From: Hypanus sabinus
Lineage: Eukaryota
Length of the DNA: 64,000 nucleotides
NCBI RefSeq assembly: GCF_030144855.1
Contig: NC_082738.1
Span: forward strand, 16,678,001 to 16,742,000
Reading direction: 5' to 3'
This document shows positions 36,801 through 49,275 of this stretch, in pieces. Under the pieces are notes generated by a model. It ran no database searches. It saw only the letters and a program-made list of their open reading frames with translations, and had not been told where the DNA came from. The translations under genes were made by a program, and so were the position numbers. Each line of letters starts with the position of its first letter. The stretch's first letter is position 1.

Positions 36801-39522
36801 ATCGTTCTCACAGCCGCACTGAAGCAGCTCTCCCCTGCTGCATGCCTGAGTCACAGCGTACACAACACCAGCGGAGGTGATAGAGTAAACGAAGGCCGTC
36901 TCCCTGATGTCTGCAAAATGGGAAGGAAGGGGGTCAGTATTGCGAAACGGTGTTAATGCTTGTTAACACACGTGACATCGTTGTGCATCTAATTATTTTC
37001 ACACGCATAAAGTTACTTCTCATATTCTACATACAGGCATACGATTCAGCCCAAATGATTAGTTTATATGCTGCAGAGGCTACACCCAAATCCCCCAAAC
37101 CATAAACTCCTCACCATTACCTTCTATAATTTTATCTCTCTTCCCCTTAAACCCACTGTGGTAAGGAGTTTGCATTCTAACTACACTCCCTGTAAAGAAA
37201 CATCTCAATTCTTGCCATCACCTTGTTTATCCCCATTGTAGTTTTTTAAAAAATATACGTAGGAAATGCTAAAGATTTTTCCTAAATTTTCGTCGTGTCT
37301 TTTTTTTGCTGTTCAAACTAATTTTTTTCTGTTTGTAATGTAGTTAAATTGATGGGGAAATGATTCCGGTTTAACCCTTTGCAGTAGAAGTAAAAAACAT
37401 CCGACCATCAGTAGGAACACAAGCTTGGTGTTGATAAGCCATTAGCTGAAGCACAAGAATGGATTGTGAGCCGGCCTCGGCACAATTGACCGCACTCTAT
37501 TTCTTGGTCGGATAACCTTGGGTTCAAAGCTCGCTCTAAGTTCTGGACAGACAATGAGAGGATACCGCGCTGTCGGAGAACAGTGTTTTCGACGAGAGTT
37601 CAAGCTAATGCACTATCTAATGTGAACATGAACGGTCCCTCAGGACTAGTCCCACTAATTCTACTAATTTTTTCATTGGTGCTTGTGGAACTTTCCTGTG
37701 CGTAAACCGGCTCCCGTGTTTTCTCCCTTACAACAGTGACCATCATTTTTCATTGGCCGTAAAGTGTCTAGGGATGATTTTTTGAAGCGATAAAATCCAA
37801 ACCCTTTCCTCCTATGTTGTAAATCACACCTAGAAATTTAAATACTATCGGTTTCTTGTTTATAAAATAAAGAGCGCGCGAAAGCCATATCAGAGCAAAA
37901 AAAAGAATATCCTGCCCCTCTCGCCATACGGCTCCCAAGCCTTCCTTGATATGTCTGTCTGTCCGTCTCGGTCCGTCTGTTGCTCGATCTTTTGTCCAGT
38001 CTGGACTAATTTCTTATTTAGTTCAGGGTTCCACCTACTGATCTACCTGTGTGACAGTCNNNNNNNNNNNNNNNNNNNNNNNNNNNNNNNNNNNNNNNNN
38101 NNNNNNNNNNNNNNNNNNNNNNNNNNNNNNNNNNNNNNNNNNNNNNNNNNNNNNNNNNNNNNNNNNNNNNNNNNNNNNNNNNNNNNNNNNNNNNNNNNNN
38201 NNNNNNNNNGTTAGCATTCCGTTGGCCCCGGAATTGCCCCTCTCACTGTTGCTGGGTGTCCTCACACTTGTTTCGGCGCCTCCGGGTAACATTCACACGC
38301 AGAAAGGCTTGACCCCTACTTCTTCCCTTCGGGCTTGACATTCTGGTCATTTTTCGCCTGCGACCCTTGTCTCGGCTCATACAAACAGTTAGTATCTCCT
38401 GTCGCATCTTCAAACCCACGACGAACTTCAAATACTTTAACTCGTTTTTAAATACATTCGTTCGAGTAACGCTTGGAGAAAGAATGGNNNNNNNNNNNNN
38501 NNNNNNNNNNNNNNNNNNNNNNNNNNNNNNNNNNNNNNNNNNNNNNNNNNNNNNNNNNNNNNNNNNNNNNNNNNNNNNNNNNNNNNNNNNNNNNNNNNNN
38601 NNNNNNNNNNNNNNNNNNNNNNNNNNNNNNNNNNNNNNNNNNNNNNNNTGTTGAAGAAGTTTCCCGAAGTATTTGTGGATAGTGCAGTTCCATCTGCGGA
38701 ATCGGAACTGGTACTGACACTCCCTGATCCCGTGCCGGACTCCCTTCGCCACCTCGCCCACGATCTCTGGTTCGGTTTGACACAGCTCGGCTTGCTTACC
38801 AGCCAAGCGCTTTGTTTTCCTGCAGATACTGTTGGGGTCCATCACCAGTGGGCTCCCCACGGCCCTGCAACGCGATATTTAAAGCAAAAGCCCATCGGGC
38901 AAGAATAAAAGTTACTCCATCCCAGTAAACCCCTAGTACACCTTGTACCCTTCTGGCTTCAGTCCCCCTGACCGGCTTTTGGTACAGTCAGACTGAACGG
39001 CGATTGGACCCAATACTGCTGAACTGAAATAACATTAAAGTCTTACTTGAAACGGAAGATACGCGTAGATGTGATGCTGCAGCCAGCCAATGTAAAATCA
39101 GCCTAGAGCTCTAAATCCTATTAAATAAGGTTAGTGGCATTTTCGTGAGTGGTTTCTTTGATTGAGTTTTGTCTGAGTCCGTTCAAGGTAACTCTGGGAT
39201 AATCCCAGCTGCAGGTGCCTTTGTATAGATACCGGGGAAGGGTTGTCAGCGCAGAGATCTCACGCACTGAATCCCTCTACCTGGCGTGTTCGCGTCTCAC
39301 TCTCTCAAGAAATCTTTTCCACAATTTTCCACCCACAGAGATCAAATATCAACCCCTCACCCCCACCCCACTACCACCCAAACATTCCCTTTTCATCCAG
39401 TAATGAGGCAACCGAAATAGCACAAAGTAACACTAACCGACTTACCACCAAAGACTGATGATATTCGCTGGACATAAAAGAAAGAAGAAAAATCCCAGCT
39501 GAGCTCCCGCAAAAGGCACCAT
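27354..39522 (-). CDS. wnt6: Wnt-6 (probable second vertebrate paralogue), spliced CDS: join(39446..39522, ~38647..38864, 36609..36910, 27354..27815), about 352 aa
   Basis: LWWAVGSPLVMDPNSICRKTKRLAGKQAELCQTEPEIV, QQDIRETAFVY and MRTECKCHGLSGSC are diagnostic of Wnt6. No stops or frameshifts in the visible sequence; visible splice sites are canonical. Confidence 0.92.
29254..29595 (-). mobile_element. Tc1-family transposase fragment with a small palindromic terminus (29255-29310)
   Basis: STERQFCWRKHLVNKRGQRRIARLV and VQNSISELT..TLK..WMGYSSRK resemble the Tc1 DNA-binding region. Confidence 0.8.
30038..30106. mobile_element. 69-bp Tc1/mariner-type MITE
   Basis: Perfect 16-bp TIR CAGTACTGTGCAAAAG / CTTTTGCACAGTACTG; partial copies at ~29603-29624 and ~41210-41260. 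Confidence 0.8.
32740..33320 (+). mobile_element. CR1 LINE 3' fragment
   Basis: LRLYKTLVRLHMEYCEQFWAPY..LKRVQRRF; LPQAVVEAKSLG. Confidence 0.9.
33613..33807. mobile_element. PLE-derived fold-back insertion with a decayed hammerhead motif and a 10-bp TSD
   Basis: Inverted arms ~33656-33709 and ~33749-33801; TSD TAAAGTCTCC at 33603-33612 and 33808-33817. Confidence 0.8.
36609..36910 (-). CDS. wnt6: wnt6 exon 3 (DIRETAFVYSITSAG...HNNEAGRL)
   Basis: ORF 36600..36863; acceptor ttttgcag|, donor CTG|gtaggt; 302 nt. Confidence 0.95.
37480..37800 (+). mobile_element. Deu-domain SINE, old (further fragments at ~13790-13880, ~27940-28250, ~58720-58810)
   Basis: gcttgtggaactttcctgtgcgtaaaccggct...cttacaacagtgac is the reverse complement of the 14750-14810 core. 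Confidence 0.6.
38647..38864 (-). CDS. wnt6: wnt6 exon 2 (AVGSPLVMDPNSIC...YFGKLLQQ); 3' end inferred because it runs into the N-gap at 38648
   Basis: ORF 38243..38860; acceptor ttgcag| at 38865-38867; last visible base 38649; two more nt needed to join exon 3 in phase 1. Confidence 0.9.
39446..39522 (-). CDS. wnt6: wnt6 exon 1 (signal peptide MVPFAGAQLGFFFFLLCPANIISLWW)
   Basis: gagATGG start, Wnt6-type signal peptide, phase-2 donor TG|gtaagt; 77 nt. Confidence 0.93.
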
Positions 39523-39719
39523 CTCCACGCACTCTCCGTCTAACACTGAATCCAGAAACTAGGGCCTCCAACCTTCTCCCTCCTTCGTCTCTCCTATTTC
39601 CAAACTCGCTCTCTCTCTTTCTCTCGAGCACACGCACAGACACACACACAAACACATAGCTGTCGTTCCGCTCTGGTCACTCGTGGGCCCGTCTCCGGCA
39701 GTGGGAGGTGGGATTTATT

Positions 39720-40092
39720 TTCTCTCTCTCTCTCTCTTCCCCTCCCTTTCTCCCTCCCTCCCTCTCTTCTCTCTCTGTTTCACTTTCTCTGTCTCTATCT
39801 GTTTCTCGCCCTCCTTTTCCCTTTCTCTGTCTCTTTCTTTCGCTCGTTCTCTTTTTCTCCTCTCCCTGTCTCCCTCTCCCCCTACGTCGCTCTTTCCCTC
39901 TCTCTCCTCTCTTACCCTCTCCTTTCTCCGCTTCTCTCTCTCCTATTTCTCTTTGTCTTTCTCCGTCAGCTTCTCTGCGTCTTTCTCTATCTCACTTGCC
40001 CTCTCTCTTCTCTGATTGCTCTGTCTGCCTGTCTGTCTCTCCTCTCCTCTCTCTCTCTCCTTCCCTCACTCAATGTCTACCCCCCCCCCCCA
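39720..40092. repeat. CT-rich polypyrimidine tract just upstream of the wnt6 start (a similar tract at 16610-16850 lies upstream of wnt10b)
   Basis: Direct inspection. Confidence 0.9.
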
Positions 40093-43000
40093 CTCCCTCG
40101 ATAGGGCAGACGAAGGTCAGGTCCGTGTCACAAAAGCTCCCCGGTACTCGTTCAGCCCCATCCTCTCGGGCTGTCGACCAGAACTAATACAGGGGTCCAA
40201 TCACCAGTTGGTATGCTTGCACTGCGAGTGGACCATGAAACGGAGACAATGAAGATTAGAGGTAACAGCGTCGAGGCTTGGATTCCAGAGAGCTGGAAGT
40301 GAAGCGTTTACTAGAAAAGTCTGACGCGGGGCAAGGGTTTCGATACCGGGGGAAGAGGATCAGGACTGGGAGATGGAGGTGCCAAGATCTGCACCTCTAA
40401 CCCTCCCCCACCCGCACACATATACTATTTACATAGATGATACGCATGTGCTATATATGCAGCCATTAGAAATACATCTTGTATCCGTAAAAATCGGACG
40501 CTAAACACATTACACACGCAGACATTGCGCACAATACGCTCATACATATTTACTGATATACGCGCGTTACATTCACTATGCACACAATATACACACATTT
40601 CACACACGTTATACACGAATACATGCAGAAACATTATATACAAACACGATACAAACATTGTATACTCACATTATTTATACGTATATGTTGCATACACAGT
40701 AAAACACATATACGTACGTACTTTTCAAAAATAAAAAAAATCATATAGAAGCTGAAGGGAAGCTTCTAAAATGTTGTAAGGATTGATAGAGTGGAGAGGT
40801 TTCGAGAAAATTCACTCTGAAGGTGATCTCAACGGAAGACCATCGTTGTAAGACGGCTACCAGGAAACTCAATGGGCGATAGCGAGTACCCTGTCCAGAG
40901 GGTAATGAGAATACAGAGCTTGTTTATCGCAGAGTGTGGTAAAGATACGCTTAAAAGAAAGTTAGCAAGAAGTTGAAGAGAATGGAAGATGATGAGTGAA
41001 GGAGGTTCCAGCTGAGCATAAATATACTGAGCGGGCTGAATGGCCTATTTCTATGCGGAGGACGAGCAGAGTATTGAACTTGATATTGATAGACTACAGG
41101 GATGAGATTGAGTGAGATACTGAGTGTGGGGAGACAGTGGGGTGTGTTGAAGGAAGGGTGTGGAGTAGGCACCGTAGAATAACTCACATTATGAAAATAC
41201 ATATGGAACAGTCTTAGGCACTATATATAGCTCAGGAGCTAAGGCTTTTGCACAGTACTGTAGTAATTTTATGTACTGCACCGTACTGCTGCCAGAAAAA
41301 AAATTTCATGACACACGTGAGTGATGATAAACCTGATTCTGATGTGGGTCTCTATTGTAGACCGAGAGTGGGAAGGGGGCGGAGAGAGGAACCATGGTTT
41401 GAAAAAGTGGTGTGGAGAGGGTAGAGAGCGGGAACCACCAGAGAGACATTCTGTAGACAAAGGTGTACCAGTGTTGGTTTGATCCAAGGATAATTTACAT
41501 CTCCCCTTTTCGCATCCCGACTTCAAGTAACCTTTGTCGATTGAGAATGAGATAAAATAATGAAGACAGACAGCAAAGACTGAAAATTAATACCAGCACC
41601 TCCTCTTCACTTTACGTTATAATAGTAGAACACAAACCTTGTCAAAAAGAGATATACACATACGTCTACACAAATAGCAAGAATTGGCTAACATACATAG
41701 ATAAAAATCAACGGATCAGAAAATCACTTATAGACAAAGCCTTTCTACCCCAACACATATGATACATACACATGTATATTATTTCGTTTACATATAACGT
41801 ATTTAGCGTCCACATATGTCTTTAAATAGTAAATACAATGCTCACCCAGTATATACAATATACCAAGCATATTTTCTCTTTCCAGTTGATTTCACTTAAC
41901 CATGGGAGAAGTGAAAGATTGTTAACTTGAATGCGAACTAGTTTTCTTAAATGGATAGACTCGATTTATAAAGTGAAAACAACACATTCAACTAAAAATG
42001 TTAATTCAAATGTAATTTCACGAGTTATGCAATTTCACATCTGAATTTAATTCCACTCATATTTAAGACCGCTTTAAAACAAAATTGAGCCCTGGATCTT
42101 TAAAGGCCGAGGCATTACAAAGGGGTCCCTAAATGGATTGCATGGTAATCCGTTTATTTGCATGATTGAGCCGGGGGAAACTGTCGAGCCCTTTCAGGTT
42201 GCTGTTGATAAATAAAGCGCCGAGAAAGAGATTCAGCGACTCCCTTCCCAAGCAATAATTTTAAATTCCTTATTCCAGTTCAATTCCATCCATGCATCCA
42301 CGCACAATCGTTAAACTGGGGGAAAGGTCCTGCTTGTTGGCTTGAACATCATCTCCCCAAACCCTCTCGCTTGTTTTGATCGTAAACAAACCCTATCTGT
42401 CAATGGCTCCCGTGGAGGTTGGGAGGACACAATCCAGGATATTTGTAAGGACACTGACGTTAAGAACGAATGCTTAGCAGGAAATGCGATAACAAACGAA
42501 ATTTACAAGAAAGTAACTTTGTGCCTCTCAGTCTCAATGTGTAATGAAGCCAGAACCAACCAGTCAAATTGTAACTGAAGGCCAGCAAGTGCAAGTCATG
42601 TCACAAACCACCTTTGCGCAACACAAGACGAATTTCCATTGAAAATTCAACAGAATAGCCCGCCCATGGCAAGGTTGCTCACTGATGTCAGAAATACTCA
42701 ATACATTACCAAAATATATTTTCAACATCGTATCAGGCACGTAAACATGATGAAAGTACCTTTACACCCGGGGCATAAATACCCTATCTCTAGGCAGTAT
42801 TACAATGCGCCAACAAAGCACAATCCCCCTATCTTGTCGCCGACGTTAAAATGCTCCACTTCCCACAGTATTTTGTTACTTATCAGTTATTTTACTTAAA
42901 TCTACATTTAAAGGCCCTGGTAGTTCAATACGCAGTGTAGACAGCGAGGGAAGTTTTGAATATAAAGTCACATAAATGTTTCCTTAATTTTATGCACATT

Positions 43001-43989
43001 TTGTCTCAAGTCATAAATGAAAATATCTTGATAAATAATCTTTATTCCCTGTACTAGGACATTCTGACTGTCAGCTGCAAGATGGGGATTTTCTTTAATT
43101 ACACGTCAGACAGCGATGTCAACTAACGGTGCGACGAAAGCAAGGTGCATGAAAAATCGCTGCTCTGGAGTCAGGAGCGTTACTGCGAAAGTAGCTTACC
43201 ATTGTTGCCGATAAAACAATAATTCGCTAATATAGCTTCAAAAGGTCTTGCTGAAATGCTTGTCTATAAATGATTAACTCATCTTGCAAAAGGACGTTCT
43301 AAATTAGTTGTCAGATAAGATATTATCCTCAACGATTTCATGTGTTGCCTCTAAACAATTCATTCCTGATGGCTGACAATATTCAAGAAGCCTCACAAGA
43401 ATTATAATAGCACAGTTATAAAAATCACTTTAAAAATATGTATGCGATGAATCTTGAATGTGCTATCATTGTATTTTTCATTTGCAGTGGCAATTAAGTC
43501 GAAACAAGTTGCTTGCCAAGCTCCCAGTTAATTAGGCAACTAGTGAGTGCAGGTTAACTGAAGTTACCGTCAACTGGCTCAGAATTTGTGGAGCCCGGGA
43601 GTATAACTACGTGGATTTGGCTCAAGCCAGCGGTTTATAACACGGGGCGCAGTGCCTGATGAGTACAGTGCCAAAGAATATGGACTTTAGAGAATAAAAG
43701 ACTTTGGCGAGATAGTAGAAAGGTTAGGTTTTTATTTAAAGCACACTAGGGATAAAAACCTGTTTAGTTTTTATTAGTGTATTAATATGATGGGAGGCTG
43801 AGATCCTGCTGGTTATGTTGCTATGTTCTCTCTTCACTTAAAAGTGGTTTACTCGGAATTATAAAGCATTATGTGTGCTTAACTAAAACTGATAAGTTGA
43901 AACTAAACCTTTAATCAGAGAAACCATAAATAGCCGATTGATGACTTCACAAATGAGTAAACAGATAGATAGAATTTGATGGGTCTGGC

Positions 43990-46700
43990 TGGACAGATGA
44001 TGTACTGTTTGTGGAAGCTAATGGAAATAATTGAGATTCATGGTGAGCACAACTGCAATCAGTGTTTGCAAGAGCATGAGGAACTTTAGCTCAGTTGATG
44101 AGCTGGAGCCCAAGGTTCAGACACAGTGATGGATCAAGGTTACTTCTGTCCATGAAGCAGTGAGCAGAGCTAACTCATGCTTTCTACCTTCACAATTTTC
44201 TTTGTTGAGTCAGGAGTAACATGTGTGTGACTAAGAGTGAGGCGAGTACGAGGCAGTACTGGAGGAGGATACTGACCACAGTACTGTGGTTTGGGATGCG
44301 TTCAGATTATGAGAATGCAAATAAATTTAAGAGAGATCGTAGGCAGTACATTAGGTAGCGTTCTCTGCATCAGGAGTGTGAGCCCAGTGCCAGGGATGAG
44401 CTTGTGGCTGGAGAGGAACTGCGGAAGGGGAAAAATCCTATGGCCTGGGTCCACGTGGGAACCAATAACATGTGATAGGATTAAGAAGGTATTTCTGCTG
44501 ATGGAATATGAACAAGTAGGGTCCAAAACAAATAAAGCAGAGCCACAAAAGTAATAAATGTTGGTCTACTACATGGGAACACAAGCAAATTGGCATTGAG
44601 TCAACAAAATAAGAGAACTGAATGAAGGACTCGAAGATTGGTGCAGGAAGAAAGGGTTTCAATTCATGAGGCACTTGCAGGAGTCCTGAAGAAAAAAGGA
44701 GCTGTTCTGTTGAGATTGCAGTCACTTAGATTGTGCTGGGACTAGTGTCCTAATGAATCAAATAACTGGGGATATTGATAAGGCTTTTAAGCCAAAAGTG
44801 CATGAGTGTATGTGTGCATGTGTGTGTCTTGGACAGGGGGCTTGAGCTGTTTCAGGTTGGAGTAAGTTAGAAAAATGAAAGAGAAATGTCAAGGTGATAA
44901 CACGAAATTGTGAAATGGGTAATGATAACCAGGCTGCCAAGAATGAATAGAACATGCAAACATAGGAGTTTATCAGAGTCAGAGTAGGAAGAATGATAAA
45001 AAGACAAACTGAAGGTTCTTTACCTGAATGACTGCAGCCTTTGAGACAAAGTAGGTGAGTTACTGACAAAATAGAAATATGTGAGTATAATCTAACATGG
45101 GTTTGAAATGGAACATTCCTGGATACTTTTAGAAGAGGCAAGCAGTGTGGGAAAAGAGGAGATGTAGCCTTGATAAACAAGGATGGGATAAAGCCAATAA
45201 AGAGCAAGGATCATAGTTCAGAAAATAAAGTAATATCAGTTTGGGTGGAGCTAAGATCAAGGGACGAAAAACATCAATGGAAGTTACTGACGGAACCCCA
45301 AACAATAGTGGTAAAGTAAGAGATAATATGAATCAGAAACTTAGAGACACATTTTAACAAGTTTAAACAATGATCATAAACTGGGAAAACCAAATCACCA
45401 GTTATCGTGTGGGCAAAGAATTGAGGGACTGAGAACAAGATTGTTTTCTGGACCATCATGTTAAGGAACAACTAGGGAACAGGATAGATTAGAATGTGCA
45501 TTGTGCAATGATAATGAATAGCAAGAGTTAATTATTTATGTTCATTTAGGGACCTCGAGGGAACTGCAATCATAATATGAAAATTTTGTGCATGAAGATC
45601 AAAAGGGATTTGGTTCAATATGAAGCCATGAGACCTGAGGTAGTGATGATAAGTTGGGATGTTATATTAAAAAGTGTGACAGTAGGCAATCAGTGGATTA
45701 AATTTAAAAATTAATACATGGTCTACAACAAATATATTTCCCCTTAAGGCACAAAAAAAAGGACAAGCAGTCCAAACATAGTTATCAAGAGAAATTAAAG
45801 ATAGTTTTAGATTTTGGAAAAGCCTTATAATGTCAAAAAGAGCAGTAAACATAAGGACTAGGAATACAACAAAATTCAGAAAATGATAACCAAGAAGTTA
45901 ATAAAGGAAGAGAAAGCAAAATATGAGAGTAATTAGCAAAAACCAGACATCAAGAAATATTATAAAAGATTAGCAAGTATTAATGAGAATCCCTTACATT
46001 CTGAGACAGGAGAAATCATACTGTAGAATAAGAAATGGTAAGGAAATTGAGCAAACATTTTGTGCCTTACTTCATGACAGAGGCACAAAAGAACTTCCCG
46101 GAAAATTCAGAGAACAATATCTGGAGAGAGGAAGAGGCTGAAAGTCAATAACTTTTATTAAAAAGCACTAGAGAAGTTAGCAAGACTGACGGCCAATGAA
46201 CCCTCAGGACCAGATGATCTGTATTCCAAGGTTTTGAAAGAGATACTTGGAGTGAAATCAAGATTCACCCGATGTATTCCTGGAATTGGGGGCCAGGGTT
46301 GTGGGAGGGGGATCGTGCAATGAGAAGGAACTAAATAGACTGGATGAAAAGTTCCCAGAATCTAACATAATAAGAGGTGACATGTTCGATTCTTAAGGAG
46401 CTTGACATGGTATATGCAAGAATGATGGTCCCTGGTTAGGGTATCTAGAACCAAAGGTCACAGATTCAGACCAAGGTTTCAGCTCATCAAGACTGAGGTG
46501 AGGAGGAATTTCTGCACCTAGAGGGCAGTGAATCTTTGGAATTTTTTACCCAAAGGGGCTGTGAGGCTTTGCTGCTGAGTATATTCCATGCAATTCAATA
46601 TATTGTTGAATATTAAGGGATACTGGCTTTTTCAAGAAAGTGCTGCTGATAAACACTAGCCATGATCTGTTGAATGATGGAGCAGCCACTTTTTTCTTTT
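43990..46700 (+). mobile_element. Heavily decayed, internally deleted near-full-length CR1 (ORF1 esterase, endonuclease and RT remnants)
   Basis: gtccacgtgggaaccaat (VHVGTN esterase block) at ~44450, ggaccagatgatctgtattccaaggttttgaaagag (GPD.L.P.VLKE-like) at ~46207, CR1 3' end at 46440-46690. Confidence 0.65.
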
Positions 46701-47199
46701 GCTTCTCATTCTGCTTCATCTCCCCTCACAAGCCCACCATCCCAGGAATAGCCCCATGTCTGGGAAAGAGCACTGGGCTTCATCTACAGGGATTTCTGTG
46801 CAAGGGACAAAGCACAGGATTTCTCCTGTCACCCACTGACTGTTGTTTAAAATCAGTGCTGCATACAGAAGGATGCACGAGGATTTTATCTAGAAATAGA
46901 AAGCAGCATTATTTTTTGTCTATAAAACCATAAGCAGAATTAGGCCATATGTCCCATCAAAACTGCTCCTTCATTTGACTATGGCTGATTTATTTATTTA
47001 TTGAGATACAGCACTTAGCGCTACATTGCACAGCAACCTACTAATTTAACCTTAACCTAATCACAGGACAAGTTGCAATGACCAATTAACCTACCAACTG
47101 GCAGGTCTTTGGGCAGTAGGAGAAAACCGGAACACCCAATGGAATCCAACGTGGTCACGGGGAGAACGTACAAACTCCTTATAGACAGTGGCGGGAAAA

Positions 47200-47660
47200 T
47201 TTTCCCTCTCACCATCTTCTTCTGCCTTCTCCCTGTAATCTTTGAAGCCCTGACTAATCATGAACCTATCAACCTCTGCTTTAAATATACTCAATGACTT
47301 GGCCTCCACAGCCGTCTGTGGCAATGAATTCCACACATTTACCACCCTCTGGCTGAAGAACTTCCATCTCATCTCTGTTCTAAAGGGACATCTTTCTATT
47401 CTGAGGCTGTGGCCTCTGGTCCTAGGCTCTCCCACCATAGGAAACATCCTCTCTACATCCACTCAATCTAGGCCTATCAATATTTAATAGGTTTCGATGA
47501 GGTCTTCTAAACTCCAGTGAGTACAGGCCCAGAGCTATCAAATGCTCCTCAAATATTAATCCTTTCATTCCTGAGTTCATTCCCATAAAACTCCTTTGGA
47601 CTCTCTCCAATGCCAGCACATCCTTCCTTAGACATGGGGTCCAAAACTGCTCACAATACC
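47200..47660 (-). mobile_element. CR1 LINE 3' fragment
   Basis: YCEQFWTPCLRKDVLALERVQR; RTRGHSLRI..FFSQRVVNVWNSLPQ. Confidence 0.9.
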
Positions 47661-47989
47661 ACACACAGAAGAAATCTTTAGTTATCATCCATAAACAGTG
47701 ATGTATACAGAAAAAAATGCTGAGTTATATCTAAAAGCAGGACCATGTACCAAAGTAAGGTTTAACCCATAAACAGTATTGTATACAGAAGGTACAGGAT
47801 TTCACCTGGAAACAACTGTATAGTGAAGGAAGCACTGTATTTCAACTAGAATCACCTGTATACAGGAGGAACCATTGCTTTTCATTTACAGGTGGAATTG
47901 ATGCATATCATACATAAACAGTACTACATACTGGAAGTAACAAAATTTCACTGATCATAGATGAGATAGCCCTGGATTTCATTTCTACA

Positions 47990-49275
47990 CCAAAACAAAG
48001 AATTCCAGATGCATTCAGTGGGTCAAGCAACATCAGTGAAGAGAGAAAAGAGAGTTATCTTTGGTCAAGGACATTTTTTTAGAAAACAAAGTGAGAAAGC
48101 AAGTGTGTTAAGTTTCAGAGAGGGGAGGGGGTAGACAGGACAGAGGGGTGTCTGTGATAGGATGCAGACTAAAGTTGTCTTTAAAAGCTTCCCTTGTGGG
48201 GCATATAAGAAAACAAATTACAACAAAAGTACACCCACATCTGTGAAGGGAAGGGTGAGGTGGGGTGGAGGGAGAGGTTACCTGTAGATGTAGAGTTCAA
48301 TGTTATGTCTGAAGAGCTTCAACCAACCTTTATAGTAAATGGAGCTGTTCTTCCTGGAGGTACATTGGGCATCATCAGAGCAAGGAAGCAGCTGGAAGAT
48401 GAAGAAGTCCGAGTGGGAATTGGATAAAAATTTTAAATTTCAGGTACCTGGAATCTCAGTGACACCCAGTCTAGAGGTGGATGCTGACTGAATACACTAT
48501 ATTGAAAAAGTGCAAATGAATCACTGTTTCATCTGGAAGTAAAGATTGGGTCATTGGATAGTAGGAAGAGAAGAGGTAAAATGGCCAATGTTGCAACTCC
48601 TGGAGTAGATGGGAAGGTACCAAGAAGAGTGCAGTGGGTGAAGGTGGGAGAACAGAGCAGGTAGTCACAGATGTAACAGTCCTAGGAATGCTGAAAGGGA
48701 TGTGCAGGATTGGAATTCTGTTGAAGAGGATAACCCATTGATTGTGGAGGCTGGTGGAGTGGAAGATAAGAAAGAGGGTGTCCCTGTTCTAACTCAGAGG
48801 CGATGAGTCTGAGAGTGGAGAAGAAATGCCTGAATGTCCTGCCAACTATAGTGAAAGAGAAGCCACAGTCAGGGGAAAAGAAAGTCATATTAAAGGCACT
48901 GAGAAACAAATGGTAAAAGGTGTGAAGGTGTGAAATGTAAATCAGAACTGCTGCTGAGACAAGAAAGCAAATGGCCAGCAGATCAGGCACTGTCCATGAA
49001 GAGAGAACTGAGTGAATGATCAAGCTAATTATACCATAAACAGCAAAGTACATTGTCTGAATGTGTTGAATTTGATGTTGTCCTGCAGTCTAAAACATAT
49101 CCATTCAGAAGATGAGATGCATCTTTGGGCCTCATTATTTTTGAGCATCTTTGGGCCTCTGCAAGAGGCCAGAGTGGCATGGGTGGTAAAGAGAGACGAC
49201 CAAAAACTTGATGTCCCCCCCCCCCCCCATGACTGAATGAAGGTACTCTGCAAAGCACTCACCCAGTCTGCATTT
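47990..49275 (-). mobile_element. Old degenerate PLE fragments (GIY-YIG endonuclease C-terminal region)
   Basis: The minus strand at ~49230-49297 resembles a decayed LYIGET..RLG..F.EHL.SV motif; PLE-type 3' end near 48000-48430. Confidence 0.5.

Noticed and set aside
39683-40187. Ser/Leu/Pro-rich ORFs (also 55348..55755)
   Set aside because: Translations of CT-rich low-complexity DNA.
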